From IMG/VR virus record IMGVR_UViG_3300044977_000112: a DNA stretch of 64,000 bases. One strand, written 5' to 3'. Made by a program: the position numbers and the translations under genes. The stretch is from an uncultured virus (IMG/VR IMGVR_UViG_3300044977_000112). Its lineage: Duplodnaviria; Heunggongvirae; Uroviricota; Caudoviricetes. Of this stretch, positions 36,486 through 46,975 are shown one piece after another (position 1 is the stretch's first letter; each line of letters opens with the position of its first letter). The notes beneath the pieces are model-generated. The model was not told where the DNA came from. It was given only the letters and a program-made list of their open reading frames with translations, and made no database searches.

Positions 36486-37388
36486 GTGGCCAAGCAAGAA
36501 TTTCAGCAGAACTCGACCTCCAACAAGATCCGGGTCAACCTCCAGTCGTCGGCCTCGACGACTGGCCAAGGATTGACCGGGCTTACGTCGGCGTCGAGCG
36601 GCTTGACCGCGTACTACTATCGCGAGGGCGATACTTCCGATACCGCGATCTCACTTATCACGGCTACTCTCGGCACCTGGACAAGTGGGGGCTTTATTGT
36701 CGTAGATGGCACGAACATGCCAGGAGAGTACGAGCTTGGCATCCCCAATCTTGCCTTCGCCAACCTTGGCATGCTCCAGATCTTTATCCAGGGGGCGGCC
36801 AACCTTGTCGAAAAGCCGATAGAAATCGCGGTTGTGGCCTTTAACCCATACGACCAGATCCGTCTGGGTCTGACGGCTTTGCCTTCTGCCGCAGTGGGGA
36901 GTGGTGCGAACTCGTTCAACTTCGATGGTAGTGGTAATATCAAGAGCAACACGGAAGCGATCAACGGTATCGCCTGCTCGTCAGTGACCACGGTTAATGC
37001 GATTCAGGGCACTACGATCAACCCGACGTTCGACGCCAATAACGCGATGAAGGTGGATGTGGTCGATTTCGGAGGCACGGCGGGAACGTTCAGTGCCGGC
37101 ACCCCCTCTGTGGCTTTGACTGCTTCGGGGATGGACGCGGTCCTTATCGAGTCGAGTATTGTCGCTTCAACCAACCTGATTAACGACGCATCATCAGAAC
37201 TGACCTCGATCAACGCCCGGCAGGGCCTGTCGATTATGTCGGCAGCTCTCTGCGGGGCTTTATCCGGGGCGGGCGGAACTTCGATTACCATACCTCAGAC
37301 GGCTGTCCCGGCTGGTCATACGCGGCTTGCATTTACGGTAGACAGCAACGGCAACCGTTCACTGGGTACAATCCAGGCGCCGACTTGA
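36486..37388 (+). CDS. Virion structural protein
   Basis: TGQGLTGLT..GLTAYYYREG..GGF..VD.TNMPGEYEL; TVDSNGNRS C-terminus. Confidence 0.7.
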   Translation: MAKQEFQQNSTSNKIRVNLQSSASTTGQGLTGLTSASSGLTAYYYREGDTSDTAISLITATLGTWTSGGFIVVDGTNMPGEYELGIPNLAFANLGMLQIFIQGAANLVEKPIEIAVVAFNPYDQIRLGLTALPSAAVGSGANSFNFDGSGNIKSNTEAINGIACSSVTTVNAIQGTTINPTFDANNAMKVDVVDFGGTAGTFSAGTPSVALTASGMDAVLIESSIVASTNLINDASSELTSINARQGLSIMSAALCGALSGAGGTSITIPQTAVPAGHTRLAFTVDSNGNRSLGTIQAPT

Positions 37389-37666
37389 TAGGATAAAGAA
37401 GTGGATTGTTGAAGGTAATCTGAAGCTAAGAGGCAAGCCATGAACCCAAACGAACTCTACGATTTCAAGCCTGAAGACATTAGCTCGATGGTCAACCCGC
37501 TGGATCTGCCGCCAGAACAAGTCGATGCGATTCTGGGAAGCGAATTTATGGGGCAGTTGCGGGTTGCGCAGAACGAGCCGCTGATTGCTAATCATTACAC
37601 GATAGTCAGTATCGGCAAACCAAAGTACACTCTTAATCGAGGTTGCGGTCTCGGAAGCAGTTTTGA

Positions 37667-39268
37667 ATGATCAACGTCGCTGATTACGGCGCTGTCGGCA
37701 CGAGCAATCCCGGCAGCCCCGTGGACGACACCGTTGCCATCCGTGTCGCAATCGCGGCGGCAATGGCGGCGTCGAGTCCTACGAGCGGCTTTATCGACAT
37801 CTGGTTCCCCGAATCGCTCTATTGCCTCCAGCCACAACCATCCGACCCTATCAGCGGGCCACTTCTCAATCTCGTGCGGCCCAATGCCCTCACGCAGAAC
37901 ATTCGGTTCATTGGCTCGACAGGCTACACCGAGCTTCGCGGCTTCATGCCAGGGTTCAAGCTGCCGGCCGCGGCTTGGTACACGAAGACTCCGACGGCAG
38001 GCACAGGCGGCATTCCTGTTCCCCCGGGCCAAGTAATTTCCAACGGCAGCAACATTGGCCGCTTTCAGATGTTTGGTCTGACGGCCGCGAAGTATCCCAT
38101 CGCGAACATCGAGTTTATCAATCTCTACCTCAACGGCCAAGTTCCCTACTCCGGAAATGCCCCAGTTTACGGCGATCCCGCGACGGGTCTTGGTTGGGAT
38201 ACCAGCCACAAGGCCATCCTGATTTCCGGGAATGTCGATGGCATCAAGGTGATCAATTGCAAGGTGGCGAACTGGGCTGGCGAGGAGTTGTTTTCTGGAG
38301 GATCGCTTCCCGGCGCTATCACGAGCATCGGCACGGATTACTCCCAGTGCAACGCCTCAGCCATCTCCTGTTCCGCCGGCCTCTCAGTAATGGGCGGCAG
38401 CGTGGGAGCAGGCTCGAGCCTCAACGTCTACAACGGTTTCGAGTGCTATGCCACAACCCCAGAACAGTTCGTGGATATTGACAGCGTTTCCATCGGCAAC
38501 GCGGGGAACGGCGTCGTTGTGAGCGGTAATGCGGGGAGTTCAATCTCGATCACCAATTGCTCGATTGGCGGCAACGTTCGCGGTATCTTGCTTTCCAACG
38601 GAATGGACGACTGTTTCATTGCAGGCAACACTTTTTCGGGTAACACGGCCCAGGACATCATCAACACGGAAACGGGGGCGGGAATAGGCTTCTCGAATAT
38701 CACGATCGAAGGCAATTCTTCGACTTCTCCAAGTGGATTGTTGGTTCTGCAAAAACCAATTGCGAATCTTACCGTCTCGGGAAACAAGCTCACTGGAATA
38801 GGCACGGCTTACCCTGCTCTGGTCAGTGGAGTGGTCAACGTTCAGGCCAATAACGTTTTCAGTGACAATGCCTTGACACATGCCAAGGATGTGAGCGGGC
38901 CATCTCTATCAACGACAGGCGGCATCGGCCTGTGGAGCGGCACGACGCGCGACAATGCTGCTCCAGGATTCGAGTACGGAGCAGTCTACAATGACTTTGT
39001 GGCGGGAAGCACATCGGGGAGTTTCGTGCCCTACACCGATTTCCTCGAACTGAACGCCTGCCCCGCTCCGAAGGGCGTTCCTTACATTTTGGGAATGACG
39101 CCGGAAGTCTTGGCTCTTTGTCTAGAGGGAATGGCCGTAACCTTCGTAACGACGGGCAAGCAATGGGTTCTTGGCGCAGGCTCGTGGAATAACTTCACGG
39201 TAAATGTGCCGGTGACAAATGGCCTAAAGATTCAACTGGTGGATGGCGTTTTTGAAGTAGTCGGTTAA
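37667..39268 (+). CDS. Tailspike-like beta-helix (pectate-lyase-3-like N-terminus)
   Basis: INVADYGAVG...DDTVAIRVAI..IWFP; NITIEGN repeats. Confidence 0.8.
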   Translation: MINVADYGAVGTSNPGSPVDDTVAIRVAIAAAMAASSPTSGFIDIWFPESLYCLQPQPSDPISGPLLNLVRPNALTQNIRFIGSTGYTELRGFMPGFKLPAAAWYTKTPTAGTGGIPVPPGQVISNGSNIGRFQMFGLTAAKYPIANIEFINLYLNGQVPYSGNAPVYGDPATGLGWDTSHKAILISGNVDGIKVINCKVANWAGEELFSGGSLPGAITSIGTDYSQCNASAISCSAGLSVMGGSVGAGSSLNVYNGFECYATTPEQFVDIDSVSIGNAGNGVVVSGNAGSSISITNCSIGGNVRGILLSNGMDDCFIAGNTFSGNTAQDIINTETGAGIGFSNITIEGNSSTSPSGLLVLQKPIANLTVSGNKLTGIGTAYPALVSGVVNVQANNVFSDNALTHAKDVSGPSLSTTGGIGLWSGTTRDNAAPGFEYGAVYNDFVAGSTSGSFVPYTDFLELNACPAPKGVPYILGMTPEVLALCLEGMAVTFVTTGKQWVLGAGSWNNFTVNVPVTNGLKIQLVDGVFEVVG

Positions 39269-39269
39269 G

Positions 39270-39656
39270 ATGCAAACAATGGAGACGCAAACAATGCCCA
39301 CTTTATCCGGTACGATTACCGCCGACACAATTATTCAGGCCGCGCCCACGGCCGGCAGTTATCCCACTGGTGCGACCGTCACCACCCATTGGCGACTAGT
39401 GGGTATCAAGCTCGACTCCGATGCCAGCGGGCCGGTCGAGGAAGTGGATATTCAAAGTTGGAACGTGGGTACAAGCACGGCCACGACGATTTACCCTACG
39501 GGTGCGTGCGGTGTTGGCGGGGGCGGTGTGGCGGAACCAAATGTCAACGGGGCCAATTACGGCGACTGCCTTCCTTTGGAAACGGTACGAATTCATTCGC
39601 CAAACTGGAACAGTGGCACCATCCGTTATTCAATTCAGTTGTCTATGATTGGGTGA
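39270..39656 (+). CDS. Hypothetical virion protein
   Basis: Late-operon context, beta-rich. Confidence 0.55.
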   Translation: MQTMETQTMPTLSGTITADTIIQAAPTAGSYPTGATVTTHWRLVGIKLDSDASGPVEEVDIQSWNVGTSTATTIYPTGACGVGGGGVAEPNVNGANYGDCLPLETVRIHSPNWNSGTIRYSIQLSMIG

Positions 39657-39659
39657 GAT

Positions 39660-40064
39660 GTGTCTTATTCCAACATCCAGACGCCCAGCCCTCCCTTAAC
39701 TCTCACTGCCGGGAGCCAGGGGCCATTTGTCTTGGCGCCTGTATTTCCCGGCTCCCTGGGCTTCAGCGACTTTACTTCATTTATTCTCTACGTGAGGCAA
39801 GATCCAAACTTTCCGCGACAGACGACAGCGGCTCTGCAAAACGCTCAGCTTGAAGCCGATCCTGTGAATGAGGGTTGGTCATTGGTACTGACGCTGAGCG
39901 GCACGCCGAATTCAGGAGCGGGGACAGTGAGTTTCACCATCGCGAGTAATGCGGGCCTGCTCAGCGGGTCCCAGCGCTACGTTCTGGAGATGGTCGGCTC
40001 GGGCGGTGATGCGGGAATCGTGCAACTCTATCCGCAGTCGTGGTGCAGCGTCTACCCGCAGTAA
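39660..40064 (+). CDS. Hypothetical virion protein
   Basis: Late-operon context. Confidence 0.55.
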   Translation: MSYSNIQTPSPPLTLTAGSQGPFVLAPVFPGSLGFSDFTSFILYVRQDPNFPRQTTAALQNAQLEADPVNEGWSLVLTLSGTPNSGAGTVSFTIASNAGLLSGSQRYVLEMVGSGGDAGIVQLYPQSWCSVYPQ

Positions 40065-40075
40065 CCGAAGTGATC

Positions 40076-40279
40076 TCACGTCTTTCCTTTCTGGTCAAAA
40101 GGCACATCACGACCAGCTTCTTCAAGCTCGCGTTTGGCCGCGACTCGCAATCGAGTACGCATCCATGCCGCCATCGTTAGGCCAGCTATTCGCGCGGCCA
40201 AAGTGAATGCGGCTTCTTCGGCCAAGTCGTATCGGAGCGATGGACGACGCTGCTTGAGTTCGTTCTTGGATTTCGCCAT
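40076..40279 (-). CDS. RHH-like DNA-binding protein
   Basis: LRYDLAEEAAFTLAARIAGLTMAAWMRTRLRVAAKREL. Confidence 0.7.
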   Translation of the reverse strand: MAKSKNELKQRRPSLRYDLAEEAAFTLAARIAGLTMAAWMRTRLRVAAKRELEEAGRDVPFDQKGKT

Positions 40280-40400
40280 GTCCTAAAGCATACCTAGTTA
40301 ACGACAAGATGGCAACTATGTGTCTACAACTAGGACACACTCTTCAGAATATCAGCCACTTCTTGCTTGTTATCTTCTCATCTTACCTTACGCTGAATCC

Positions 40401-41624
40401 ATGCTCGTTCGCGAAGAGGCGCCTTTTAACCCCGTTGGCGTAACGATTGATCGCTCGGGAAAGTATCCGGTAGCGAGAGGGGTTCTGCTGTGCGGTCGGA
40501 CAAGTGAGCGAGGTTGGGACTATGATGATGAAGCTTTTAGCGATCTGAATGTTTACGAGGGACAACCCGGTTATCTCGATCATCATAAGGGTGAAGGCAA
40601 TCGCAGTTACGCCAACCGGATTTGCTGGTACGAGAAGCCGCGAAGGAACTCTCAGGGATTACCAATTGCAGACCAGGGGTTCAATCCCAAGCATCCCATG
40701 ACGGAAGCGGTGTTGTGGGAGATTGAGAACAAGCCGGAAAATGTCCGGCTGTCACATGTGGCCGACGTGGACAAAGTTTCCGGGGCCGATGGGCGGCAAA
40801 AGATTGTCAAGATCAACAAAGTTCACAGCGTTGACATTGTGACCCGAGGCGCAACCACCAAGTCTATTTGTGAGGACGCTCCAGTGCCACTGACTATCAA
40901 GCAGTATGCCAAAAAGATCGGGCAATTCCTGGAACTTCCGCAGCAGATCAAGCTCAGCGTACTTGTGAAAGAAGAGGGCATGGCTGAAGCCCCGATGATG
41001 GGCGACGCGCCCGGCATGGAAGGCGAAATGAAGGAAGAAGACGCCGGGGACGGTTTGGACTCCGCGTTCAAGTCGGCTTGCCTCAATGAGATTGAGGAAT
41101 GCATTGCGGGTGCCAGCGAAAAGGCCAAGGTCATCAAGTGCATGAAGCGGTTGAAGAAAATTCTCATGGCCCACGGCGAACTATCTTCGGACGAGATGGA
41201 AGCTGAAGAGGATCCAGAGGAAGAAACGGAAACGACCACGGAAACCAAGACTGAAGAGAGTGCTCCCGTCAAGAAGAAAAAGAAAACCACGATCACTGAA
41301 GAGGCCCCTGAAATCAAAAAGGGCCGCTGCATGCAGGAGTGTGTGGAAGAAGGCTTCTCGTTCACGGCCGCGGACATGCCGGTCCTGGGCGGCATCGCCA
41401 TGATCGACAGCAAGGAAGATCGTCTCAAAGCCATTCGCAAAATGAAAGGCGATCGCGCCGCGGAGAAGCCCAAGGGCGGCGGTCGCATCACGGAAAAGGT
41501 CGAGGAAGAGGCTCCAGTAACTGTCGGGCCGACCACGCTGACCACGGCCGGTGCGGCTTACCTCGAACAAGTGAAGAAGTGGAACCAAGAATTCTGGGGC
41601 AGTGGCCAAGGGGCCAGGAAGTAG
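40401..41624 (+). CDS. Prohead protease-scaffold fusion
   Basis: GVLLCGRTSERGWDY, YLDH, LSH, HSVDIVTRGAT (HK97/T4 gp21-like); acidic scaffold tail. Confidence 0.85.
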   Translation: MLVREEAPFNPVGVTIDRSGKYPVARGVLLCGRTSERGWDYDDEAFSDLNVYEGQPGYLDHHKGEGNRSYANRICWYEKPRRNSQGLPIADQGFNPKHPMTEAVLWEIENKPENVRLSHVADVDKVSGADGRQKIVKINKVHSVDIVTRGATTKSICEDAPVPLTIKQYAKKIGQFLELPQQIKLSVLVKEEGMAEAPMMGDAPGMEGEMKEEDAGDGLDSAFKSACLNEIEECIAGASEKAKVIKCMKRLKKILMAHGELSSDEMEAEEDPEEETETTTETKTEESAPVKKKKKTTITEEAPEIKKGRCMQECVEEGFSFTAADMPVLGGIAMIDSKEDRLKAIRKMKGDRAAEKPKGGGRITEKVEEEAPVTVGPTTLTTAGAAYLEQVKKWNQEFWGSGQGARK

Positions 41625-41665
41625 AACCGGAAGCAAGACCGAACATTCAGTAAGAGGTCATTCAA

Positions 41666-42733
41666 ATGGGCGCTGGTAGCATTTCACCGGTAGTCGGACG
41701 GCCCAGCATCGTCTCGGGTCCGTCGGTCATTTACAATACGATCTTCGGCCAGCCGGAGATGGTCAAGTATCTGCCCGGCGGCGGCGCGATTGCCGCCATT
41801 TCGCAGGATTATCTGAATACCAGCAGCCAGAATACGCTGCGTGCCGGCCTCATGATGGGAATCATCTCTGGCGGCACCTACAACGGCATGTATGCTCCGA
41901 GCGTCATTGACGTGACTCAAGGCGCACTGGCGAATGGCGGGACCACAATTACGCTTACCGTGGCCGGAGCCACAGGTTTGGCGGCACGGGTCGGAACTAC
42001 GGGGAATCTGAGTCTGACGGGCGGTACAACTGCTGGTGGCGTGGCCCGAACAGTAACCGTGGCCTACTCCAGTATTGTCACTTCAACGGGCGTGGTGACC
42101 ATTACTTCTCCCACGGTCAACGCTGTCCAGACTCTATCATTCACGAATTCGCCATCTGGCACATTTGAATTATCCATCGTTGATTACAATGGCGTGAAAC
42201 AGGTCACGGCCCCGATCACATATTCCGCCACGGCCGCGACGTTGGTTTCCAACATCCAGACGGCCATCAATGCCGTCATTCCGCAAGTTTCTTCGGTGAA
42301 TCAGATCGTGGTGTCGGGAACAGCGGTCACGGCGATAGCTCTGACTTGGAGCGGCGTCAATTACACGGGTACGCAACCCATGCTGATTGGCGTTACTGAT
42401 GACAGTCTATCGGCCGGTAATGTGTCGGTGACTTACACGACCCAGGGCGTGAGCGGAGCTTTCATTGCCGGGAGCCTGGTCGGTGCAGCGGACGGATCGC
42501 AGGTGCCGAGCACTTTCATCCCGGACGGTTCGGGGGTGTTGATGGGTGGGACGACGAGTCCCATATCGGTTGACTTCCCGTGGATCGCTTATGCGGCTTA
42601 TATTCTCACGCCAGCCATCCTGCCGTACTACCCGATCGATGCGGGCTTGCAAAGCTTCATCAAGAGCAGCTTGAACGGCGGTCCGAACAATTACGGATGG
42701 ACGTTCTCTGACGGATTCAAAAACATCACTTGA
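41666..42733 (+). CDS. Head decoration protein with inserted domains
   Basis: TLRAGLMMGII..YAP and ADGSQVP motifs; lies between protease and MCP. Confidence 0.75.
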   Translation: MGAGSISPVVGRPSIVSGPSVIYNTIFGQPEMVKYLPGGGAIAAISQDYLNTSSQNTLRAGLMMGIISGGTYNGMYAPSVIDVTQGALANGGTTITLTVAGATGLAARVGTTGNLSLTGGTTAGGVARTVTVAYSSIVTSTGVVTITSPTVNAVQTLSFTNSPSGTFELSIVDYNGVKQVTAPITYSATAATLVSNIQTAINAVIPQVSSVNQIVVSGTAVTAIALTWSGVNYTGTQPMLIGVTDDSLSAGNVSVTYTTQGVSGAFIAGSLVGAADGSQVPSTFIPDGSGVLMGGTTSPISVDFPWIAYAAYILTPAILPYYPIDAGLQSFIKSSLNGGPNNYGWTFSDGFKNIT

Positions 42734-42742
42734 GGGCGCGTC

Positions 42743-42895
42743 ATGGCGGAATGCGGCAAGGGCGGCAGCAAGAAAGCCATCGCCCAGAACGTGAAGGCGG
42801 GGAAAGAGGAAGGGCTCACGAAAGCTCAAGCGGTTGGTAAAGCGCTGGGCATTGCGGACGAGGCGACCGGGAAAAAACACCCGCCGAAGAAGTGA
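42743..42895 (+). CDS. Small basic phage protein (50 aa, not in ORF track)
   Basis: KGGSKKAIAQNVKA..EEG..KAQAVGKAL. Confidence 0.6.
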   Translation: MAECGKGGSKKAIAQNVKAGKEEGLTKAQAVGKALGIADEATGKKHPPKK

Positions 42896-42959
42896 GCCTT
42901 TTTGTTTTAGCGATATTGTCTAATAAAGAAAAGTCGAACCGAGATATTCTGAGGTTCAA

Positions 42960-44048
42960 ATGAGTGCTGTGAACGACGTTCTTGGATGGGTTCCATTATG
43001 CGAAAGTGTCCAGGTCATTAAGGGTGGAATTCCTCGCCCGTTGCCCGATGTCTTCTACGACACCACGGAAGAAATCCAGGGCAACCTTGGTTCGTACATC
43101 GACTACACCGGTACGCGGATGGTTGCTCGCGTTCAGCCCGCATACGCTCCGCCACAACCCACGAACAAGCTCACGCTGACCAGTACGAATCTGAAATTGC
43201 TCTCGGCTCAGGAGTCGATGCCGTTCAATGAAGAGCTTCGCAATCTCTTTCGCCAGTGGGAACAGTATCGGCCGCAGGATCAGTGGTCGCTTCGCAACGT
43301 GACCTGGCAGGGCGGCGAGTTCGCGAGGCGGTTTGAGAATCTTCGCATCGCGGCCGTGAATATGACCACGGCACAGGGTACGCTGTGGTTCGACACGAAC
43401 GGCAATCTGTTGCCGAGCTCTAGCGGGGCAACTCTGACCGTTTCTCAGGGCGTGCAGTCTACCAACTTCGGTACGTTGAATGGGTTGCTCACGGGTAGTT
43501 ACGCCGACCCCAATTTCGACATCGTGACTTTTCAAACTCAGAAGCTCAAGCCGCGAGCGTTGGAAGATACGAATTACCCCACCCGCACGGCGATCTATGG
43601 AGCCAATATCCCGGGCTACTTCGCCAACAATACCTATGTGAAACTGGCCTGGGGCTATCAGGCCGAATACGCGAAGCCGTATCTCGCCGGCGGCGTAGTT
43701 CCGCCCGGGTTCAATGGCTTCGAGTGGATCGCGGCGGCGGAGGAATACTGGCAGGACCAGAACGGCAACAATCAACTTATCTTCCCGCCCGATCAGATCA
43801 CGTTTATGCCTACAGTGGACAAAGGAACATGGACAATGTTCGTGGGAAGCGAACTGATCCCCACTCAGTTCGGACCGTTGCCGACCGGCGAAGCGGCGTT
43901 GAAGAGTTTCGCGGAGAAGTTTGGTCGCTGGAGGTATGCATACATTCCCCAGGGTACGACGTTCCAGATCATGGACGTGGCGGGCGATACGTTTTTGCCA
44001 CGCTTAAAGGTGCCGAACAGTACATATTTCCTGGACACGACCGCCTAG
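42960..44048 (+). CDS. Major capsid protein (lambda gpE-like)
   Basis: Position and size (362 aa); GTRMVARVQPAYAPP; GDTFLPRLKVP C-terminus. Confidence 0.8.
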   Translation: MSAVNDVLGWVPLCESVQVIKGGIPRPLPDVFYDTTEEIQGNLGSYIDYTGTRMVARVQPAYAPPQPTNKLTLTSTNLKLLSAQESMPFNEELRNLFRQWEQYRPQDQWSLRNVTWQGGEFARRFENLRIAAVNMTTAQGTLWFDTNGNLLPSSSGATLTVSQGVQSTNFGTLNGLLTGSYADPNFDIVTFQTQKLKPRALEDTNYPTRTAIYGANIPGYFANNTYVKLAWGYQAEYAKPYLAGGVVPPGFNGFEWIAAAEEYWQDQNGNNQLIFPPDQITFMPTVDKGTWTMFVGSELIPTQFGPLPTGEAALKSFAEKFGRWRYAYIPQGTTFQIMDVAGDTFLPRLKVPNSTYFLDTTA

Positions 44049-44082
44049 TAGTTAGAATGTGAGATAATTCAGGCAGGTAAAC

Positions 44083-44403
44083 ATGAGCCAGTTGAAGCCC
44101 ATTGACGACCGAGTCTTTGTCGAAGTGGTCGAAGAAATCGGAAGCCGTGGGGGAGTCTTTGTCGCCCGGATCGACAAGGGGCCGAAGAAGCCCGACTTCA
44201 ACCGCCAGTTCAGGGGCAAAGTAATCGCGGTTGGGCCGGGCCTGCCGCACAAGAATGGCCGATATGAGCCCCTTCTGGAAGTCGGCGACGAAGTAATCTT
44301 CAAGGGCTGGCATTGGCTCGACGTGGAAGTTGACGGCAAAAAACTCAAGCAGATGCGTGAGCGGGACATCGATTTGAAGCTGATAAAGGACGACGCCAAA
44401 TGA
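44083..44403 (+). CDS. groES: GroES-like co-chaperonin
   Basis: LKPIDDRVFVE..GG..RGKVIAVGPG..EVGDEVIF..VEVDGKK..MRERDI. Confidence 0.9.
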   Translation: MSQLKPIDDRVFVEVVEEIGSRGGVFVARIDKGPKKPDFNRQFRGKVIAVGPGLPHKNGRYEPLLEVGDEVIFKGWHWLDVEVDGKKLKQMRERDIDLKLIKDDAK

Positions 44404-45353
44404 GCATTCAGGTACTCGATCAAACGATTGGCAACGGCTCGAGCCTCGCTGTCATTTTGGGCGGAGGCGGATCGCCTTATACAACCGCTGGGGCTGCTGT
44501 CCCGCCAACTGATGTTGGCTTCACGTTCACGACCAACTTTACGACCAACACCGGGTTCTCGCTGAATGTGTATGTGTCTCAGGATTATCAACTCTATCTT
44601 GCCGGTCAGATCGCCGCCCCGAACTGGGCTCCCGTCGGCGTCTACAACAACACTGCGTTAACCAACATTGCGGCGGGAACCGCGATCACGGGCATCGACA
44701 GTGCCATCACCGCTTTCACGGTGCCGTACAGCGGGGCGTCGGCGATCAAGATTCAGCAGACGGGAGCCATCGGTGGAGCGGGTACGCCGACGATCAATTT
44801 GAAGAGCGTGTCTTCTTTGCCCATTACCCAAGTTCTGCCGCCAGTATCGATCTCGGTCGCCGCAGTCACGGACAACTCGGGCGGCACGGCATCTTCAACC
44901 GCTGGCGTGGTCGCCACGGCTTATGAGGATGTAAAGATCATCCCGGCTCAGTTGGCGGATTTCGTCAACGCGGGGACATGGACGTTGGCATTGCCTTTTA
45001 ACTTCACGGTTCTCTCGGCACTGTGGCGAACGGGCAAGCCCGCTTCGACGGCATCCAAGCTCACGACGTTGACGCTCAGCACCTCGACGGGAGCTGTGAC
45101 CGGCGGCGTAATGGCCTTGACCACGGCGAATCAAAACGCCACGGGGGGGACGGTGGCAGCTACCGCGATCTCGGGGGCGAATGCGACTGTGGTCGCGGGT
45201 GGCACAATCATTCTCACACCAAGTTCCACCACGGCTTTCGTCGAAGGTGATGGCTGGTGTGAAATCACGATCAAGAACAATGATTCGGCCAATGCAGCGG
45301 CCACCATTATCGCCCTGGCAAACTCGATGCGGGCCGCTTTGATTGCGGCGTGA
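44400..45353 (+). CDS. Virion structural protein
   Basis: Thr/Ala/Gly rich, beta-sandwich-like; follows MCP. Confidence 0.65.
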   Translation: MSIQVLDQTIGNGSSLAVILGGGGSPYTTAGAAVPPTDVGFTFTTNFTTNTGFSLNVYVSQDYQLYLAGQIAAPNWAPVGVYNNTALTNIAAGTAITGIDSAITAFTVPYSGASAIKIQQTGAIGGAGTPTINLKSVSSLPITQVLPPVSISVAAVTDNSGGTASSTAGVVATAYEDVKIIPAQLADFVNAGTWTLALPFNFTVLSALWRTGKPASTASKLTTLTLSTSTGAVTGGVMALTTANQNATGGTVAATAISGANATVVAGGTIILTPSSTTAFVEGDGWCEITIKNNDSANAAATIIALANSMRAALIAA

Positions 45354-45387
45354 TTATCGGATTCTGGGTCAACGAGGATTTTTTCCA

Positions 45388-46068
45388 ATGCCTGAAGCAG
45401 CGACTCTCACCGCCGCGCCGTTCTCCGCATCGGCCCCGGCGTTTTTCGATCCGAAAAAAGCTCCGCCGCCGGAACCCGGCACGACCATTGATGAGCGGCT
45501 GAAGTTGATTGCTTGCGAGAAGGGACGGCCCATCGAATGGGCGTACTGGTTGGAGAAGGCCTTGGAAGCCACCTACACCGGCTTGCCAAAAGTCTCCTTG
45601 ATCAAGGATGCGCGAGTGGCCCGCTATTACCATCCCGATCATGATGACAAATCGGAGAATCATCCCGATCGCCAATTGACTTCCAAGGAAGCCATTCGAG
45701 TCCTGGAGCAGGGCGTTCTGGATGGACGCTGTTCACAAACCACTGTGGACAAGGCCAAGACGCTCATGCGGGAAGGCTGGTTCACGCCACCGCCCCAGAC
45801 CGCGCCGCACAAGGCCGATTCGCTGCCGCCGCCGCCTGAAGTCAAGGCTCCTGACAGACGGGTGCCGGCATTGATCGAGACCGCGGCGAAGGAGCTTGCG
45901 GGCACTCCAACCAAGACCGTTGGGCCAGTTCCAGTGGCCAACCGTGAGGCTCCCGCGCCACAACCGCACCACGGCAAGACTGAAAACCTGCCCGTCCCCC
46001 CGCACATGCTGGCCCGCGAAGCACTGGCAAAAGCGGCCGCAAAAGGGACGCCTGCTCCAGCGGGGTGA
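45388..46068 (+). CDS. Pro/Ala-rich hypothetical protein
   Basis: ORF in late operon. Confidence 0.5.
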   Translation: MPEAATLTAAPFSASAPAFFDPKKAPPPEPGTTIDERLKLIACEKGRPIEWAYWLEKALEATYTGLPKVSLIKDARVARYYHPDHDDKSENHPDRQLTSKEAIRVLEQGVLDGRCSQTTVDKAKTLMREGWFTPPPQTAPHKADSLPPPPEVKAPDRRVPALIETAAKELAGTPTKTVGPVPVANREAPAPQPHHGKTENLPVPPHMLAREALAKAAAKGTPAPAG

Positions 46069-46075
46069 ATGAGCC

Positions 46076-46408
46076 ATGAATCCTGAAGTATGTCCGATCG
46101 CTGTTCAGCCCGTGAACGGCCAGCCGCCGTTCCAAACTCAGCCCGGAGGCGTGAATCCCGATCCGTTGGCATTACTTCAGATGACGTTCCAAAACATCTG
46201 TGCTCAACTGGCATGGCTCACCGTGCGGCCGAAGTTGGATTATTCGATCGATGGAATTACAGCCTCATGGGATGCCCACTTCGATCGGCTGAATAGTGCT
46301 GTTGAAAAGATGTTGAAGATTCCCGGCGTGGCCCCGACCATTGAGAATCCGTTTATGATTCAGCAGCAGACCGGGGCAAGCCGGGGTTATGGTCGCGGGG
46401 GCTGGTGA
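46076..46408 (+). CDS. Head-tail adaptor (gpW-like)
   Basis: PKLDYSIDGITASW motif; synteny. Confidence 0.7.
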   Translation: MNPEVCPIAVQPVNGQPPFQTQPGGVNPDPLALLQMTFQNICAQLAWLTVRPKLDYSIDGITASWDAHFDRLNSAVEKMLKIPGVAPTIENPFMIQQQTGASRGYGRGGW

Positions 46409-46803
46409 TGTGGGACTTGTTTTACGGAGGAGGTTCGCCGCCACCGAATACGACCTTTCCCTGGTCGATTGCCGACGACATGCTCAATATTGTGGACGGA
46501 CTCACCACGGCGACAGTAAAGCAGACCAACCCCGACACGGGAGCAGTGGTCGAGACAGCAACGGGCGTGACGATCCTGAAGCGGAATACGGGAGTCGTGA
46601 CGGTTGCGGTTGGGGATGGCGAGCTTGGAACGGTGAACTGTTCGCATATTCGGATTTGGGCAAGTACATGCCCGTTTGTGCCGAAGTATCGCGACTTGAT
46701 CACGGACCAGGAAGGGATTACCTGGATGATCCCGGAGCAAGTGCAGATGGAGAGCTTCAACGGGTTTTATACGTTCGCCCAATGCCAGCAAGTGAAGACA
46801 TGA
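46405..46803 (+). CDS. Head closure / head-tail joining protein
   Basis: PKYRDLITDQEGITWMI; synteny. Confidence 0.6.
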   Translation: MMWDLFYGGGSPPPNTTFPWSIADDMLNIVDGLTTATVKQTNPDTGAVVETATGVTILKRNTGVVTVAVGDGELGTVNCSHIRIWASTCPFVPKYRDLITDQEGITWMIPEQVQMESFNGFYTFAQCQQVKT

Positions 46804-46975
46804 GCAACGTCGAGCTTCAGGAGTTAGCAGAGTCGCAAAAGCAAGAAATCGGGCGGCTTCTTATGGATCTGCGGCTTGCGGATTCTCCGCTTCGCCTTGA
46901 GTGGGCAAATGTTTTCTGGGCCTCGGACGTTGAAAGAAAGTCATTCCGTGCCCTCGTTAAAGTAGAGAGGGGAAT

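Noticed and set aside
40752..43775. Long antisense ORFs over the protease and capsid genes
   Set aside because: Shadow ORFs typical of GC-rich coding DNA, with no motifs.
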